The notes beneath the pieces were generated by a model that saw only the letters and a program-made list of their open reading frames with translations, did no database searches and was not told the origin of the DNA. 64,000 bases of DNA from a virus: positions 156 through 64,155 of the IMG/VR virus record IMGVR_UViG_2756170246_000002; one strand, given 5' to 3'. A program made the translations under genes and the position numbers. Shown piece by piece: positions 9,435-18,527 of this stretch; within the stretch, counting starts at the first letter, position 1; every line of letters begins with the position of its first letter.

Positions 9435-12400
9435 ATTTGGCCCTCTCGGCATCCTGGAAGCCAAGCGCTGTTGCCCTGCGAACCGCAGCCAGGCTGTCCT
9501 TTGATGGCGGCGCGTTGCCGTTCCAATGGTTTGTCTGACTGAAGGCGATCGGGCGGCCGGCGGAACCCGCATCGCTCGACGTCTTTGGCTGGCTGCGCGC
9601 ATCGGTGAACTGGTCAGGCCTTGCGATGATGACGCGCTCGTTCGGGTTCTTGAAGAACTCGACCTTTTCCGTATCGCCTGAATCGCCGCCGATCATGCCG
9701 CCTGGTGCGAAGCCATAGATCGCCTTGTGGCGCCGCGCCTCTGTAGCGGAGCGATCGGCGGCGGTCTGCGCCAGCGTATTTTCATATTGATTGGCGCCGG
9801 GGCTCCCGATCGACGACATGCCGCCATAGACGATGTTGTACGCGATCTGCTCAGGAGACGCGCCAAGCCCCTGCGAGCCGTAGCCAATGTTTCCGCTGCC
9901 AACGATGCCGGCAGCGGCAAAGTTCGCCCTCGCGGTGCCGAGAGCCTGCAGATATTGCTGGAACTGCTCATTGCCCTGGCTGCCACCCGACGAAGATCCT
10001 CCATTGTTATAGGACGATCCCCCGCCGAGACCCGAGCTTCGGCTTGCCGTGTTGATCTCGTCGAGCAGTTGCGCGGTCTTCTGCGTGGCCGCCTCGATGT
10101 TCATCAAGACAGTCCAGTAGCGATCGCTTTCCTTGGTCGCCTCGCGGCCCGTGAAGCCGGATTGCGGGTTGGCAAGAGGCGTGCCCTGCATCGCCGCCAT
10201 TTGCTGCGGCGTGAAGATGCCAACGGTCTCTTCCGGGCTCTTAAAGAACGAGACTTCCTGGCTGTCGCCGGGATGGATCATGCCGCCGGTGGCGAAGCGC
10301 GTGACATTGACCGTGCTGGTGCCGAGACCATCGCCAGAACCGCCCATGGAGCCGTATCCGCCAGTGCGCGGCACGGTGTTCGCGGTCATCGACGGGCCGG
10401 ACTGCGAGCCTGGCGCGGCGCCGTATCTCGTCACGCCGACTGTGCCATAGCCGCCCGTCTGGTTCGGAACGCTGTATTGCGACTGCGTGCCCGAGCCGAT
10501 CTGCTGCGTCTTAACCGTGATCGTGACGGTGCGGTTGGGGATATTGCGGATGTCTTCCGACAGGCCCTTCACGCTCGACTGAAGCTGGCGCACCTTGATT
10601 TCGCCGGAGATGATGCTGTCGAAGAAGGCGTTGATCGCGACAGGATCACCGCCCTGGGCAAGCAAGGTCTGGCGCAACAGGTCGACGCTGTCGTTGACGG
10701 TCCTGATCGTCGCATTGCCTGAATCGTAGGCGGCAAAGAGCCGGTCGATGGAATTGACCGTGCGCTCGATCGCCGTCTGCGCCTCGCGCGCGTTGCCCGC
10801 AAAACCCTCGCCGAACACCTGGTCGACTGAGGCGTGACCTGCCGCGTCGAGGATTTCCTGAAGCTGCTTGGCCTCGCCCTGCGCCTTGTGCAGTTCGGTC
10901 GTGGCACCTTGAAGCTGGCCCAGCTGCGCCAGCTTGGCGTCCTCGAACGCGCGCGAGACGTTGATGATCTGCTGGCTCATCCCGCCGAACGAGACTTGCA
11001 CGCCATCCGCCGCCCTGCCGATGCCGCCCACCGCAGATGACAGCCCGTTGGCGCTCGACGTCGCGCCGCCAAAGCTGATCTTCGACAGTTCGCCCAGGCT
11101 TTCAAGTGCGTGGTTGGTCTGGATCTGGTCGACCACCTGCTTGCCGAAATCGCGCAGCGGCGTCGAATTGAGGATGCCGACCACGTCCTTCAGGTGCTCG
11201 GCATTCTTGGCAGCGAGATCGAACGCGGCCGGATTGGCGAAGCGCCCGAGATCTGCATGCTCAATTTGGGGCAGGATGCCGCCAAAGGCGTTGTTCAGGC
11301 TGTTGACCGCGTCCGCGACCTTGTTGACCGCGGCCTCCATCGTGGAAACCAGTGCATTGGCGGCGCCCACGGCAGCGGCCTCAACAATCGTAGGAAGATT
11401 GTTCCAGATGAACGCCATGTCGGAGCCGACGGCGCGAAAATCGTTGATGGTCCATTCGGCAAGGTCGGTCGCCGCAGAGCGCAGCTTGTCGAAGGCATAT
11501 TTCGCGCCCGTCACCAGTGCATCGAACATGCCGCCAACCGCGGTGCCCCTGAGATCATTTCCGATCGTGTCGAAGATGGCGCGGAAGGTCTCGCCAAACC
11601 CGACAGAGCGATGCTCTGCCTCGCTCGCCGCATCCTTGACCGACATGAAACCTTCGGTAAGACCGGCCAGGAGAACAGCGCCGCCCCTGAGCAGTGAACT
11701 GCTGGCGACAAAATTGCCGATTTTCGATGCAGCCTCGGTGATGGCAGTTCCGATGGCTGAAAACGCCGCCCTTGGACCGCCCGGGCCGGAGGCGACAAAG
11801 CTCAGGTGGTTCATCTGACTGGTCAGCGCCTGCAATGGCGAGATGCCAAGCGCGATCTGTTCGGCGAAGCTGCGCGCAGCGTGCGTCAGCGCCATGGTCT
11901 GTTGCGTGCTCAGGCCTGCGGCCTTACCATGCTCGTTCAGCGCTCCGGTGTGCCCCTTGAGAACAGCGATCGCCGCAAGCGTCGACTGCCGGCCGCGCGA
12001 CAGAGCCTCACCGGCCTCTGTCTCCGAAATGGCGCCAAGCTTGGTCGCGATGCGCAGTTCTTCCTTCAGCGTGAGATATTCGCGCGTCACGCGAAACAAC
12101 GGATTGTACTTCGACCGGATGTCGTCGAGCGCCGCGCCATAGGCCTGGATGTCCTCGGCGCGCGCAGCGGTGCCATTGGCCATCTGAAGGTTGGAGGCCG
12201 CGAACTGCTGGTTTGCAGCGACAGCGCGCTGGATGCTGGCGGCGGCGTTGGTGCTTTCCGAAGCGAGGCGACCGACGGAGGCTGATGCGGTTGCCGAACT
12301 GGCGCTTACGCCGGCGATCGCCGAACTCGCCTGTGTCGATTCCGTTGCCAGTTTCGAGACGGCAGTTGCCGCCGGCGTGGCTGCGCCAGTCAATTTCGCC

Positions 12401-12597
12401 AGCATGGCGTTGGTCTGCTCGACCGCCGCCGCGATCTTGGCTATGCCGGCTTCCGCCGCCGACGAGCCCGAAAGCTTCTTCGACACCTCGGCATCAAAGG
12501 CGTTGGCCATCTGCCTGCCCTTGGCCAAAGCGGCTTCGAACTGCGCAAGATTGCCCTTGATCTCGATGCTGACGGAACCGGCTGGATCTTCGGCCAT
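9424..12597 (-). CDS. Tail tape measure protein
   Basis: 1057 aa, Ala-rich helical, between tail chaperones and Dit. Confidence 0.9.
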   Translation of the reverse strand: MAEDPAGSVSIEIKGNLAQFEAALAKGRQMANAFDAEVSKKLSGSSAAEAGIAKIAAAVEQTNAMLAKLTGAATPAATAVSKLATESTQASSAIAGVSASSATASASVGRLASESTNAAASIQRAVAANQQFAASNLQMANGTAARAEDIQAYGAALDDIRSKYNPLFRVTREYLTLKEELRIATKLGAISETEAGEALSRGRQSTLAAIAVLKGHTGALNEHGKAAGLSTQQTMALTHAARSFAEQIALGISPLQALTSQMNHLSFVASGPGGPRAAFSAIGTAITEAASKIGNFVASSSLLRGGAVLLAGLTEGFMSVKDAASEAEHRSVGFGETFRAIFDTIGNDLRGTAVGGMFDALVTGAKYAFDKLRSAATDLAEWTINDFRAVGSDMAFIWNNLPTIVEAAAVGAANALVSTMEAAVNKVADAVNSLNNAFGGILPQIEHADLGRFANPAAFDLAAKNAEHLKDVVGILNSTPLRDFGKQVVDQIQTNHALESLGELSKISFGGATSSANGLSSAVGGIGRAADGVQVSFGGMSQQIINVSRAFEDAKLAQLGQLQGATTELHKAQGEAKQLQEILDAAGHASVDQVFGEGFAGNAREAQTAIERTVNSIDRLFAAYDSGNATIRTVNDSVDLLRQTLLAQGGDPVAINAFFDSIISGEIKVRQLQSSVKGLSEDIRNIPNRTVTITVKTQQIGSGTQSQYSVPNQTGGYGTVGVTRYGAAPGSQSGPSMTANTVPRTGGYGSMGGSGDGLGTSTVNVTRFATGGMIHPGDSQEVSFFKSPEETVGIFTPQQMAAMQGTPLANPQSGFTGREATKESDRYWTVLMNIEAATQKTAQLLDEINTASRSSGLGGGSSYNNGGSSSGGSQGNEQFQQYLQALGTARANFAAAGIVGSGNIGYGSQGLGASPEQIAYNIVYGGMSSIGSPGANQYENTLAQTAADRSATEARRHKAIYGFAPGGMIGGDSGDTEKVEFFKNPNERVIIARPDQFTDARSQPKTSSDAGSAGRPIAFSQTNHWNGNAPPSKDSLAAVRRATALGFQDAERAKYGR

Positions 12598-12652
12598 TGT
12601 TGCTCCGTGCGAAATGTTGGGTTAGCGTTGCCGTCCCTGGGGAGGGCGAACG

Positions 12653-13012
12653 ATGTTGAGAGTGGGACTTTTGCTGGTGCTGATGACCGCGAGCGCGGCG
12701 GCGCAGGAGATCGTCGACAAGTCAGGAAGCGACTTGCCGGAGACAGGAGAATTCGTCGCGCGGGCCACCAAGGGCCTGCTCGACCCCGGCAGCGCTCAAA
12801 TCCGCAGCATTGCCCGATCGGCGCAAAACCCCGACATCATCTGCTCTTTGATGAACGCCAAGAACGCCATGGGCGGCTATACCGGGTTCCACATTGCCGC
12901 GATCGACATGAAGACGCACCAGCGCTTCGTCTATGCCGAACTGGTCAAGCAATATGGCGAGCAGTGGACCGACACCGTCATCGTGTCGAAGACGGGTTGC
13001 GAGCGGGAATAG
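12653..13012 (+). CDS. Exported hypothetical protein (moron, antisense)
   Basis: Signal peptide MLRVGLLLVLMTASAAA-QE; GGAGGG RBS; opposite strand to flanking tail genes. Confidence 0.75.
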   Translation: MLRVGLLLVLMTASAAAQEIVDKSGSDLPETGEFVARATKGLLDPGSAQIRSIARSAQNPDIICSLMNAKNAMGGYTGFHIAAIDMKTHQRFVYAELVKQYGEQWTDTVIVSKTGCERE

Positions 13013-13292
13013 GCGCCGGAGCGCTCTTCACCTTGCGTCCGAACAGCGCGTCGAACAATCCCGGCGTCAGTTTGCGGCTCGAGACGTTCGGCTTTGCCTG
13101 ACGGGGCGCCGCTTCCTCGTCTTCCTCGCCTTCCGGCTTGCTGAACAGCGCCCGAAGGAATTCGTCCTGGCCCTCCAGAGCCATGACGATGATCAGGCAA
13201 TCGGTCTTCATGGCCCGTTCGAAGGACCAGAAAAGCCGGCCCATAGCGTCCCTGACCAGGGCATTGGCATGGACCGAATGGCTTACAAAGGG
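12978..13292 (-). CDS. Tail chaperone 'T' segment (-1 frame extension of upstream chaperone)
   Basis: -1 frame is open from the slippery site CCC TTT GTA AGC... into the ORF-track frame MGRLFWSF (12978..13244). Confidence 0.6.
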   Translation of the reverse strand, partial: PFVSHSVHANALVRDAMGRLFWSFERAMKTDCLIIVMALEGQDEFLRALFSKPEGEEDEEAAPRQAKPNVSSRKLTPGLFDALFGRKVKSAPAPIPARNPSSTR

Positions 13293-13645
13293 CGCTTTTC
13301 GCCGCCTTCCTCTTCGGTCGATTCCGTCTTCAGCGGCCGGCCGCCATTGGCGAGGATCGCTGCAAAATCCTGGAGCTTCGGCATCAGTTCGAGAACCCCA
13401 GACCGGACAACGATCGACGCCATGTCGCGCGCCTCCTGGCCCTTGAGCCGCAGCCCCGCAACGACGGTGTCGGCCATGGCCTTGGCGTTGAGCCGCGCGA
13501 TCGCAGCCATCAGCGGGGCGAAGCCGTCATAGGCCATCGACAGGTCGAGCATCGCTTCCGGCGACGGGATGAGGATATGCTCCTCGCCCAGAAGTTCGAT
13601 CGTGATGCGGGCTTGCTTGATGTCGGACGCGGTTACTTTGGCCAT
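13283..13645 (-). CDS. Tail assembly chaperone 'G'
   Basis: 120 aa between tail tube and tape measure; ends ...CGC CCT TTG TAA. Confidence 0.75.
   Translation of the reverse strand: MAKVTASDIKQARITIELLGEEHILIPSPEAMLDLSMAYDGFAPLMAAIARLNAKAMADTVVAGLRLKGQEARDMASIVVRSGVLELMPKLQDFAAILANGGRPLKTESTEEEGGEKRPL
13286..13292 (-). other. -1 ribosomal frameshift slippery heptamer C CCT TTG
   Basis: X XXY YYZ pattern in the correct codon phase just before the G stop. Confidence 0.65.
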
Positions 13646-13674
13646 AAATCACCTTGGTTGGGGTTGGGAAAACG

Positions 13675-13706
13675 AGCGCGGCCGCCACGGTGGACGGCCG
13701 CGCGCT
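13675..13706 (-). terminator. GC-rich hairpin after tail tube gene (terminator/stabiliser)
   Basis: GCGCGGCCG/CGGCCGCGC stem followed by TCGTTTT on the minus strand. Confidence 0.55.
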
Positions 13707-13710
13707 AGGC

Positions 13711-14211
13711 TTAGGTCGCGGCGACCTTAACCACATTCGAGTTAATTTCGATCGTGGCGTTCAGGTTTCGGACGGTGTTGGCGGCGCCGCCGGCCGAACT
13801 GGCATTCATCACCAGGCCGACGAAGTAGGCGACAGACGGTTCGCTGCCGCTCGCCCCGGAAGCGTCATTGAAGAGGACCTTGAAGGCATAGTTCGACTTG
13901 TTGTCGCCTTGCGCGGCGGCGATCAGCGCGATCTGGCCTTCGTCCTCCGAGATTTCCGCGAAGACGTTCTGCATCGAGCCGGCGTTTGTCGTGCCCTTCT
14001 GCTTGATGTCGCGGCCGCGGTTGATCAGCTGGGTCGAGATCAGCGCTGCGGTGTCGCCAAACGCGCCCATCTGGCTCCAGCCGTCGACCTCGACGAACTG
14101 GTCGGGGCTGGTGACGAAGTCGCTTTCGATGAAATCATCGATCTGGGTAGGTGTGATGCCGCCGATGTAGAACTTGCAACCAGCGACGGGATAAAGGTCT
14201 GTACCGGCCAT
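13711..14211 (-). CDS. Major tail tube protein
   Basis: 166 aa, G.KFYIG N-terminus, position, AAGGAG RBS. Confidence 0.8.
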   Translation of the reverse strand: MAGTDLYPVAGCKFYIGGITPTQIDDFIESDFVTSPDQFVEVDGWSQMGAFGDTAALISTQLINRGRDIKQKGTTNAGSMQNVFAEISEDEGQIALIAAAQGDNKSNYAFKVLFNDASGASGSEPSVAYFVGLVMNASSAGGAANTVRNLNATIEINSNVVKVAAT

Positions 14212-14231
14212 GAGGGATCTCCTTTGGAATT

Positions 14232-14300
14232 GGCTGGTTTCATGAGGGTGAAATCAGCAGGGTCACCGACACCGGCTGCGGGTTTTTCGGGCACCGCCCG
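14232..14300 (-). promoter_or_regulatory. Structured leader motif, copy 1 (upstream of tail tube gene)
   Basis: Shares CGGGCGGTGCCCG, GCAGCCGGTGTCGGTGAC, GCTGATTTCAC and GAAACCAGCC blocks with 22996-23063. Confidence 0.75.
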
Positions 14301-14312
14301 TGGGATAGGGTT

Positions 14313-14765
14313 TTATTCAGCCGCCGGCTTGGCGTAGAGGCTGATGGTGAGCGTCACGCGCCGGCCGACACGGCTTTCGTCGTCGACCGGCGCCGGGTAT
14401 GGCCCCTGGGCAGTGATCTGGGTGACGCTATAGTTGGTGACGGTGATCGCTTGGCGCTGACGATGGAACAGCGAGTGGATCAGTTCGGCGCACGTCTCGA
14501 CGTCGCGATACTGCTTGTCCTGCTCGCCGTAGATACAGATGTCGATGACGACGCGCGGGCGGAAATCGTTGATGCCGTCGGCTTCCATGCGGGTCACGAC
14601 AGGTCCGATGGTGATGGCTGGATACCTGGCCTCCGCCGGCACCGGGCGGCGCGTGTGCGCAGATGGCTCGGAATTGTAGAGGCCGAGCAGACCGACGATG
14701 TCCGAAGCGTTGACAATGGCCGTGCGCAGCGGCTTGAGAATTTCCAGCGGAGGTGCGCCGCTCAT
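14313..14765 (-). CDS. Tail terminator, DUF3168-like
   Basis: YPAITIG motif, 150 aa, upstream of tail tube. Confidence 0.75.
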   Translation of the reverse strand: MSGAPPLEILKPLRTAIVNASDIVGLLGLYNSEPSAHTRRPVPAEARYPAITIGPVVTRMEADGINDFRPRVVIDICIYGEQDKQYRDVETCAELIHSLFHRQRQAITVTNYSVTQITAQGPYPAPVDDESRVGRRVTLTISLYAKPAAE

Positions 14766-15166
14766 TTCAGCGCCGCCCTGATCTCCCCCTGGATATCGCT
14801 TTCGATCTGATCCTTGCTGTTGGCAAGCGCTGGCCTCGCAAACGAGCGCGGGGCCATGTTCTCATTGCCGAACTCAAGCGATGCCGCTTGGGCCGTCGAC
14901 CAGTGCACGGTGCCCGTCAGCTTTTCCGTGTCGAACTCGGTGCGGCCGGACTGGATCGTGGCGCCGGTATCGCTGGCGAACGGCTCGCCTGGTGCCGAGG
15001 CTTTGTGATCGACGCCGCGACGATGGTAGACCCGGCCGGTCTTGGGCGTGTCGAGGATCAGCGAATTCGCCTCCTCATGCACGCCGAGCGTGGCCTTGAT
15101 GACTCCCCGCAGCGTTCCGGCGCGAATCTTCGCGAGAACTTCTGGCCCGCGCCAATCCACCGACAT
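14762..15166 (-). CDS. HK97 gp10-like neck/tail completion protein
   Basis: HKASAPGEPFASDTG, LEFGNENMAPRSFARPAL motifs. Confidence 0.8.
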   Translation of the reverse strand: MSVDWRGPEVLAKIRAGTLRGVIKATLGVHEEANSLILDTPKTGRVYHRRGVDHKASAPGEPFASDTGATIQSGRTEFDTEKLTGTVHWSTAQAASLEFGNENMAPRSFARPALANSKDQIESDIQGEIRAALK

Positions 15167-15181
15167 TTTATCGCTCCCTGC

Positions 15182-15210
15182 TTGTAACCAGATTGGTTAC
15201 GCACCATGTT
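15182..15210 (+). promoter_or_regulatory. Operator-containing promoter TTGTAA-N17-CATGTT; operator GTAACCAGATTGGTTAC at 15184-15200
   Basis: Perfect 7-3-7 palindrome overlapping the -35 and spacer. Confidence 0.8.
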
Positions 15211-15238
15211 TCTTGCGGTTACAACAAAGGAGATTCGC

Positions 15239-15391
15239 GTGAACACCCTCAGCCGCAAGCGGCAGATCGAAGTGCTTGAAGCCGCATGGAACAGCCTCGA
15301 ACTGACGCCGATCCCGTTGGAGAAGGCGTTCGCCGCCATCGCCGAGCAGAGCCGCCGCGCTCAGACCGGCGCGCTGATCTCGAAGCACTGA
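15239..15391 (+). CDS. 50-aa hypothetical protein, antisense inside late operon
   Basis: AAGGAG RBS, GTG start, directly downstream of the operator-promoter. Confidence 0.6.
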   Translation: MNTLSRKRQIEVLEAAWNSLELTPIPLEKAFAAIAEQSRRAQTGALISKH

Positions 15392-15744
15392 AGGCGCATG
15401 GTGGCTGAAGCCGGATCCTGATCGAGGATTTCCCTGACCTTGTGCCACTGCGCCTTGATATAAATCTGGTCGCCTTGCTGCGGCACGGTGCGCGGCTCGA
15501 CGGACTGGAGCAGGACGAGCACGCCGACATCGGTTTGCGGGATTCCTGCACGGACTCTGAACGCTGCATCGAACGTTTCGCGGATGCCATTGAAGGTGAA
15601 GGTCGGCGTCGTGCCGGCGTTCGGGTCGCCAAAATCGTCATTGCCGGTTCCAGGCACCTCGCGGCGCAGCACGCCGTCGGTGAGTTTTCCCCGGAATGCA
15701 CGGGCCACGGTGCGGGCCAATGGACCTTCGAGCAGCGATGCCAT
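15361..15744 (-). CDS. Head-closure/head-tail joining protein
   Basis: MASLLEGPLA...; DPASATMRLQC C-terminus; position. Confidence 0.65.
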   Translation of the reverse strand: MASLLEGPLARTVARAFRGKLTDGVLRREVPGTGNDDFGDPNAGTTPTFTFNGIRETFDAAFRVRAGIPQTDVGVLVLLQSVEPRTVPQQGDQIYIKAQWHKVREILDQDPASATMRLQCFEISAPV

Positions 15745-15926
15745 AGTCTCCCTTTCCGTGACAGAGCCCCCTGATCTTTCCGACGACGAAGCCGCCGACA
15801 TGCTGCACCGCATGGCGTTCGAGCTCGAAGGCAGGCGCGGCATGACGCGGCGCGCCGATACCGCGCTGAAAGCAGCCCGGGCCGCTCTGTTGATGTTCCT
15901 GGCTGGATTGATCCATGCCGGCGAGG

Positions 15927-16973
15927 CTAAGCCGCCGCCTTCTGACGACCAGCCAGCCGATTCACCACGACACAACGGCAACCGATGACGTCTTTCGCCG
16001 GTGCGCCCAGCGAGGTATCGCCGGGAAACATCAGCAGCGCGCCATCAGGCGACTTGAACGGCTGAGTGAAGCCGACCACCTGTCCATCCATGGCCCTATG
16101 CGCGTCGCGGGTGCGCTCGTCGCGGGTGCAGCGCCAGACCTTGGTGACGGTGCTGGCGTCGATCCCCGCCTTGGCGATGACCTGGGCGAAGGCTTCGCGC
16201 TGGGCGGCGCCAGTGGCCTGCGTCGCTTCCGTGCGGCCGATGGTTTCGCCGCGGAGCGCGAGAAGGCGGTTTTCATATTGGGTGACGGCGCGCTCGACGA
16301 CTTCTGCCTCGATCGGTGCCTTGTCGGAGATCGCCTTGATGACTGCCTTGTCGAAGCGCTGGTCCCGGGCCTGGCGCGCGAGGTAGGCGCGGAGTGCTGC
16401 CGGATCGCTCGATGCCAACTGATCGCGGGCACCGGCGACGGCCTGATATTGCCCCGATGTCAGCCCGACAATGCCACCCTCGCGCTGTCCTGTCGCCCTG
16501 TTGAGCCGTCCGACCACGTCGAGCGCCACGGTGCGCGCGGCGCGCCCGGCCTCAAGCCCATCGGAAAGCGCCTTGCGCAAGGCCAGCTTCTGATCGTCGA
16601 GGATTGCCGTGACGAGTTCAACGCCCCTGTTCTCGACCCAGCGCGCCGCACTTGGAAAGCCCGGGTCGAAGCGGAACAGGATCGGAATGCCCTGCGCATC
16701 CCGCAATGTCGGAATATCCCGTGCCACGACGACACCGGTTTCCTCGAAGGCGGTGCGGATGGCGCGCTGCAGGCCACGGAAGGCCGCCGGGTCGAGTTCG
16801 ACCAGTTGCAGCGCCCTTTCGACGTCACCCTTCTGAAGCGCATCAGCGATGGCTGCAATGCGCGCCGTGTCGCGGATTTCCTGGATGGAGGCGAGAAAGG
16901 CCTGCCGGATTTCCTCGCTGAAGCGCTCGAGCAGCGCGTCGAGGCGCTGGCGCGGCGTCTGGGTCTTGGCCAT
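15927..16973 (-). CDS. Head morphogenesis/minor head protein (SPP1 gp7 / Mu gpF-like)
   Basis: ETIGRTEA, KVWRCTRDERTRDAH, MFPGD and GCRC motifs. Confidence 0.85.
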   Translation of the reverse strand: MAKTQTPRQRLDALLERFSEEIRQAFLASIQEIRDTARIAAIADALQKGDVERALQLVELDPAAFRGLQRAIRTAFEETGVVVARDIPTLRDAQGIPILFRFDPGFPSAARWVENRGVELVTAILDDQKLALRKALSDGLEAGRAARTVALDVVGRLNRATGQREGGIVGLTSGQYQAVAGARDQLASSDPAALRAYLARQARDQRFDKAVIKAISDKAPIEAEVVERAVTQYENRLLALRGETIGRTEATQATGAAQREAFAQVIAKAGIDASTVTKVWRCTRDERTRDAHRAMDGQVVGFTQPFKSPDGALLMFPGDTSLGAPAKDVIGCRCVVVNRLAGRQKAAA

Positions 16974-17194
16974 CAGTTCGATGCCTGAGTCTCGAATTGG
17001 GTGAGATCCACAGCGAGCCAGGAACCGTCTGGCAACTGCCCGACTGCCGAGCGCGCCTCGTCTGCGTCGTCAGTCTCTTCGCCATCGGCGTCGAGCAGGG
17101 TTTCGAGGTGAACGGTTGCCCCGTCATCCATGACCGCGATGCGCTGGGCAACGTTGACTGCCGCGACATCGACCGTCAGCGGAAGTTCAGCCAT
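16973..17194 (-). CDS. Hypothetical protein (acidic)
   Basis: Coupled to neighbours by stop/start overlaps. Confidence 0.55.
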   Translation of the reverse strand: MAELPLTVDVAAVNVAQRIAVMDDGATVHLETLLDADGEETDDADEARSAVGQLPDGSWLAVDLTQFETQASN

Positions 17195-17439
17195 TACGCC
17201 TGACCCAGAAGCTTTTCAGCGTAGGCGGATAGGTCACCCTCACGCGTCGCGCCGAACACGAAGCGCATGGCGATCTCGTTCATGCCGATGTCGCATTCCT
17301 TGCAAAGAGCGCGGAACTGTTTGCGGCCTCCGATTTTGTCGGCGCAAATGTTCCATGACGCGTGCGACGGCCTAGCCCCGCAGCGCGCGCATGGCACGCG
17401 CCGGATGCCGATCGCCGAATAGGGCTGCGTCCGCATCAC
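17194..17439 (-). CDS. Hypothetical Cys-motif protein
   Basis: CARC and CKEC; coupled overlaps. Confidence 0.55.
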   Translation of the reverse strand: MMRTQPYSAIGIRRVPCARCGARPSHASWNICADKIGGRKQFRALCKECDIGMNEIAMRFVFGATREGDLSAYAEKLLGQA

Positions 17440-17945
17440 GCCCTCAGGAAGAAACTCGAGGAGGTGGTCGACCGCTTGCCGATAATCCCCGACAGCGCCT
17501 TGTCGATGATGGAAAAGATCGTCTCGGCAGGAGCTCCATCGGTATAGGTGATATCGACCGATCCAGCCTTCAGTTCCTTGATCTTGCCGCCGCGCTCCAG
17601 ATCGGGCGAGAGCGAGCCAGGATCGGCCAGTTCACGCACCGCTGCCTCGCAGGTGGCGTTCTTGATCTCGACGGGAACCTCATCGTCATCGATATCCTCG
17701 CCGAACTGGTCGACCGCTTCTTTGCGAGGCCATTCAAGCGCCTGGGTGCGGCCAAGTAGGCGTTTTCCGGGAAAGCGCAGACGATACTCGCCGTCGATAA
17801 AATCAGTGGCGCGGATCAGCGCGCCTTCTTCATCTCCAGAAGGCAGCGCTGTTGCGCGCGAGTCGAGATAGGCTTCAAAATCGGCGACGCTGACATAGGA
17901 GTTCGCGCCGGCGAGCCCGGTGCCGTCTTCGACAACGAGTGCCAT
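17436..17945 (-). CDS. Head-tail adaptor ('DnaT-like' phage family)
   Basis: MALVVEDGTGLAGANSYVS, QALEWPR, VPVEIKNATCEAA motifs. Confidence 0.8.
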   Translation of the reverse strand: MALVVEDGTGLAGANSYVSVADFEAYLDSRATALPSGDEEGALIRATDFIDGEYRLRFPGKRLLGRTQALEWPRKEAVDQFGEDIDDDEVPVEIKNATCEAAVRELADPGSLSPDLERGGKIKELKAGSVDITYTDGAPAETIFSIIDKALSGIIGKRSTTSSSFFLRA

Positions 17946-17946
17946 A

Positions 17947-18237
17947 TCAGCGCATCCTTGCCGCCGCGCGCATCGCGGCCGCTGTGTGTTCCCTGATCGC
18001 ACCGAGAGGAACGTCCACGTGCGTGACGAAGCCGCCACTTGCGGGTGGCGCGCGGCACAGCAAATCCGCACCGACAGCAATGCCGCATTCCAGCTCGTAG
18101 GAGATGATCGTCGGCGGTTTGCCTATCGAAGTCGCCCATACGTAGCCGGAAATGCGCGTGCGCACGCTCTCCGGCGTGTACACGACGAGATCGCCGATCT
18201 GGAACTGCGCTGCAATTGCCGTTTCGAGATCGGTCAT
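17947..18237 (-). CDS. Hypothetical protein
   Basis: In-operon ORF, 96 aa. Confidence 0.5.
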   Translation of the reverse strand: MTDLETAIAAQFQIGDLVVYTPESVRTRISGYVWATSIGKPPTIISYELECGIAVGADLLCRAPPASGGFVTHVDVPLGAIREHTAAAMRAAARMR

Positions 18238-18239
18238 AC

Positions 18240-18527
18240 TCAGCGCTCCTTGATCTTCAGCTTTTGCGAGAAATCATCTTCCTCGCCGTCCGACATGACG
18301 ATGTGGTTGGTGATGAGATAGGTGGTTCCCTCAACCCCGCCCGAGATGCGCACGGTCGTGTTGGTGTCGGTGAAGGACGATGCGACCTTGACCAGGTCGC
18401 CACCGCCGGCCCAGGTTTCGCTATTCAGCAGCCATGTCGATGCCGCGATGGTTGATTCCCCGATGTCGGCCGTCCAGTCGATGCCGAAATCGCGGATCGC
18501 ATCCTTGTCTTTCGGTCCCCACGTCAT
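18240..18527 (-). CDS. Fibre-adaptor-like virion protein
   Basis: KDKDAIRDFGIDW, VRISGGVEGTTYLITNHI motifs. Confidence 0.6.
   Translation of the reverse strand: MTWGPKDKDAIRDFGIDWTADIGESTIAASTWLLNSETWAGGGDLVKVASSFTDTNTTVRISGGVEGTTYLITNHIVMSDGEEDDFSQKLKIKER

Noticed and set aside
4544-14765. Gene transfer agent cluster
   Set aside because: Only the tail tip is GTA-like; DUF2280/DUF4055 packaging genes, replication, cI/cro and recombination modules show a full prophage
15758-15988. Second antisense plus-strand gene between head-closure and gpF-like genes
   Set aside because: No convincing RBS or promoter and it overlaps the gpF-like 3' end; possible but unsupported
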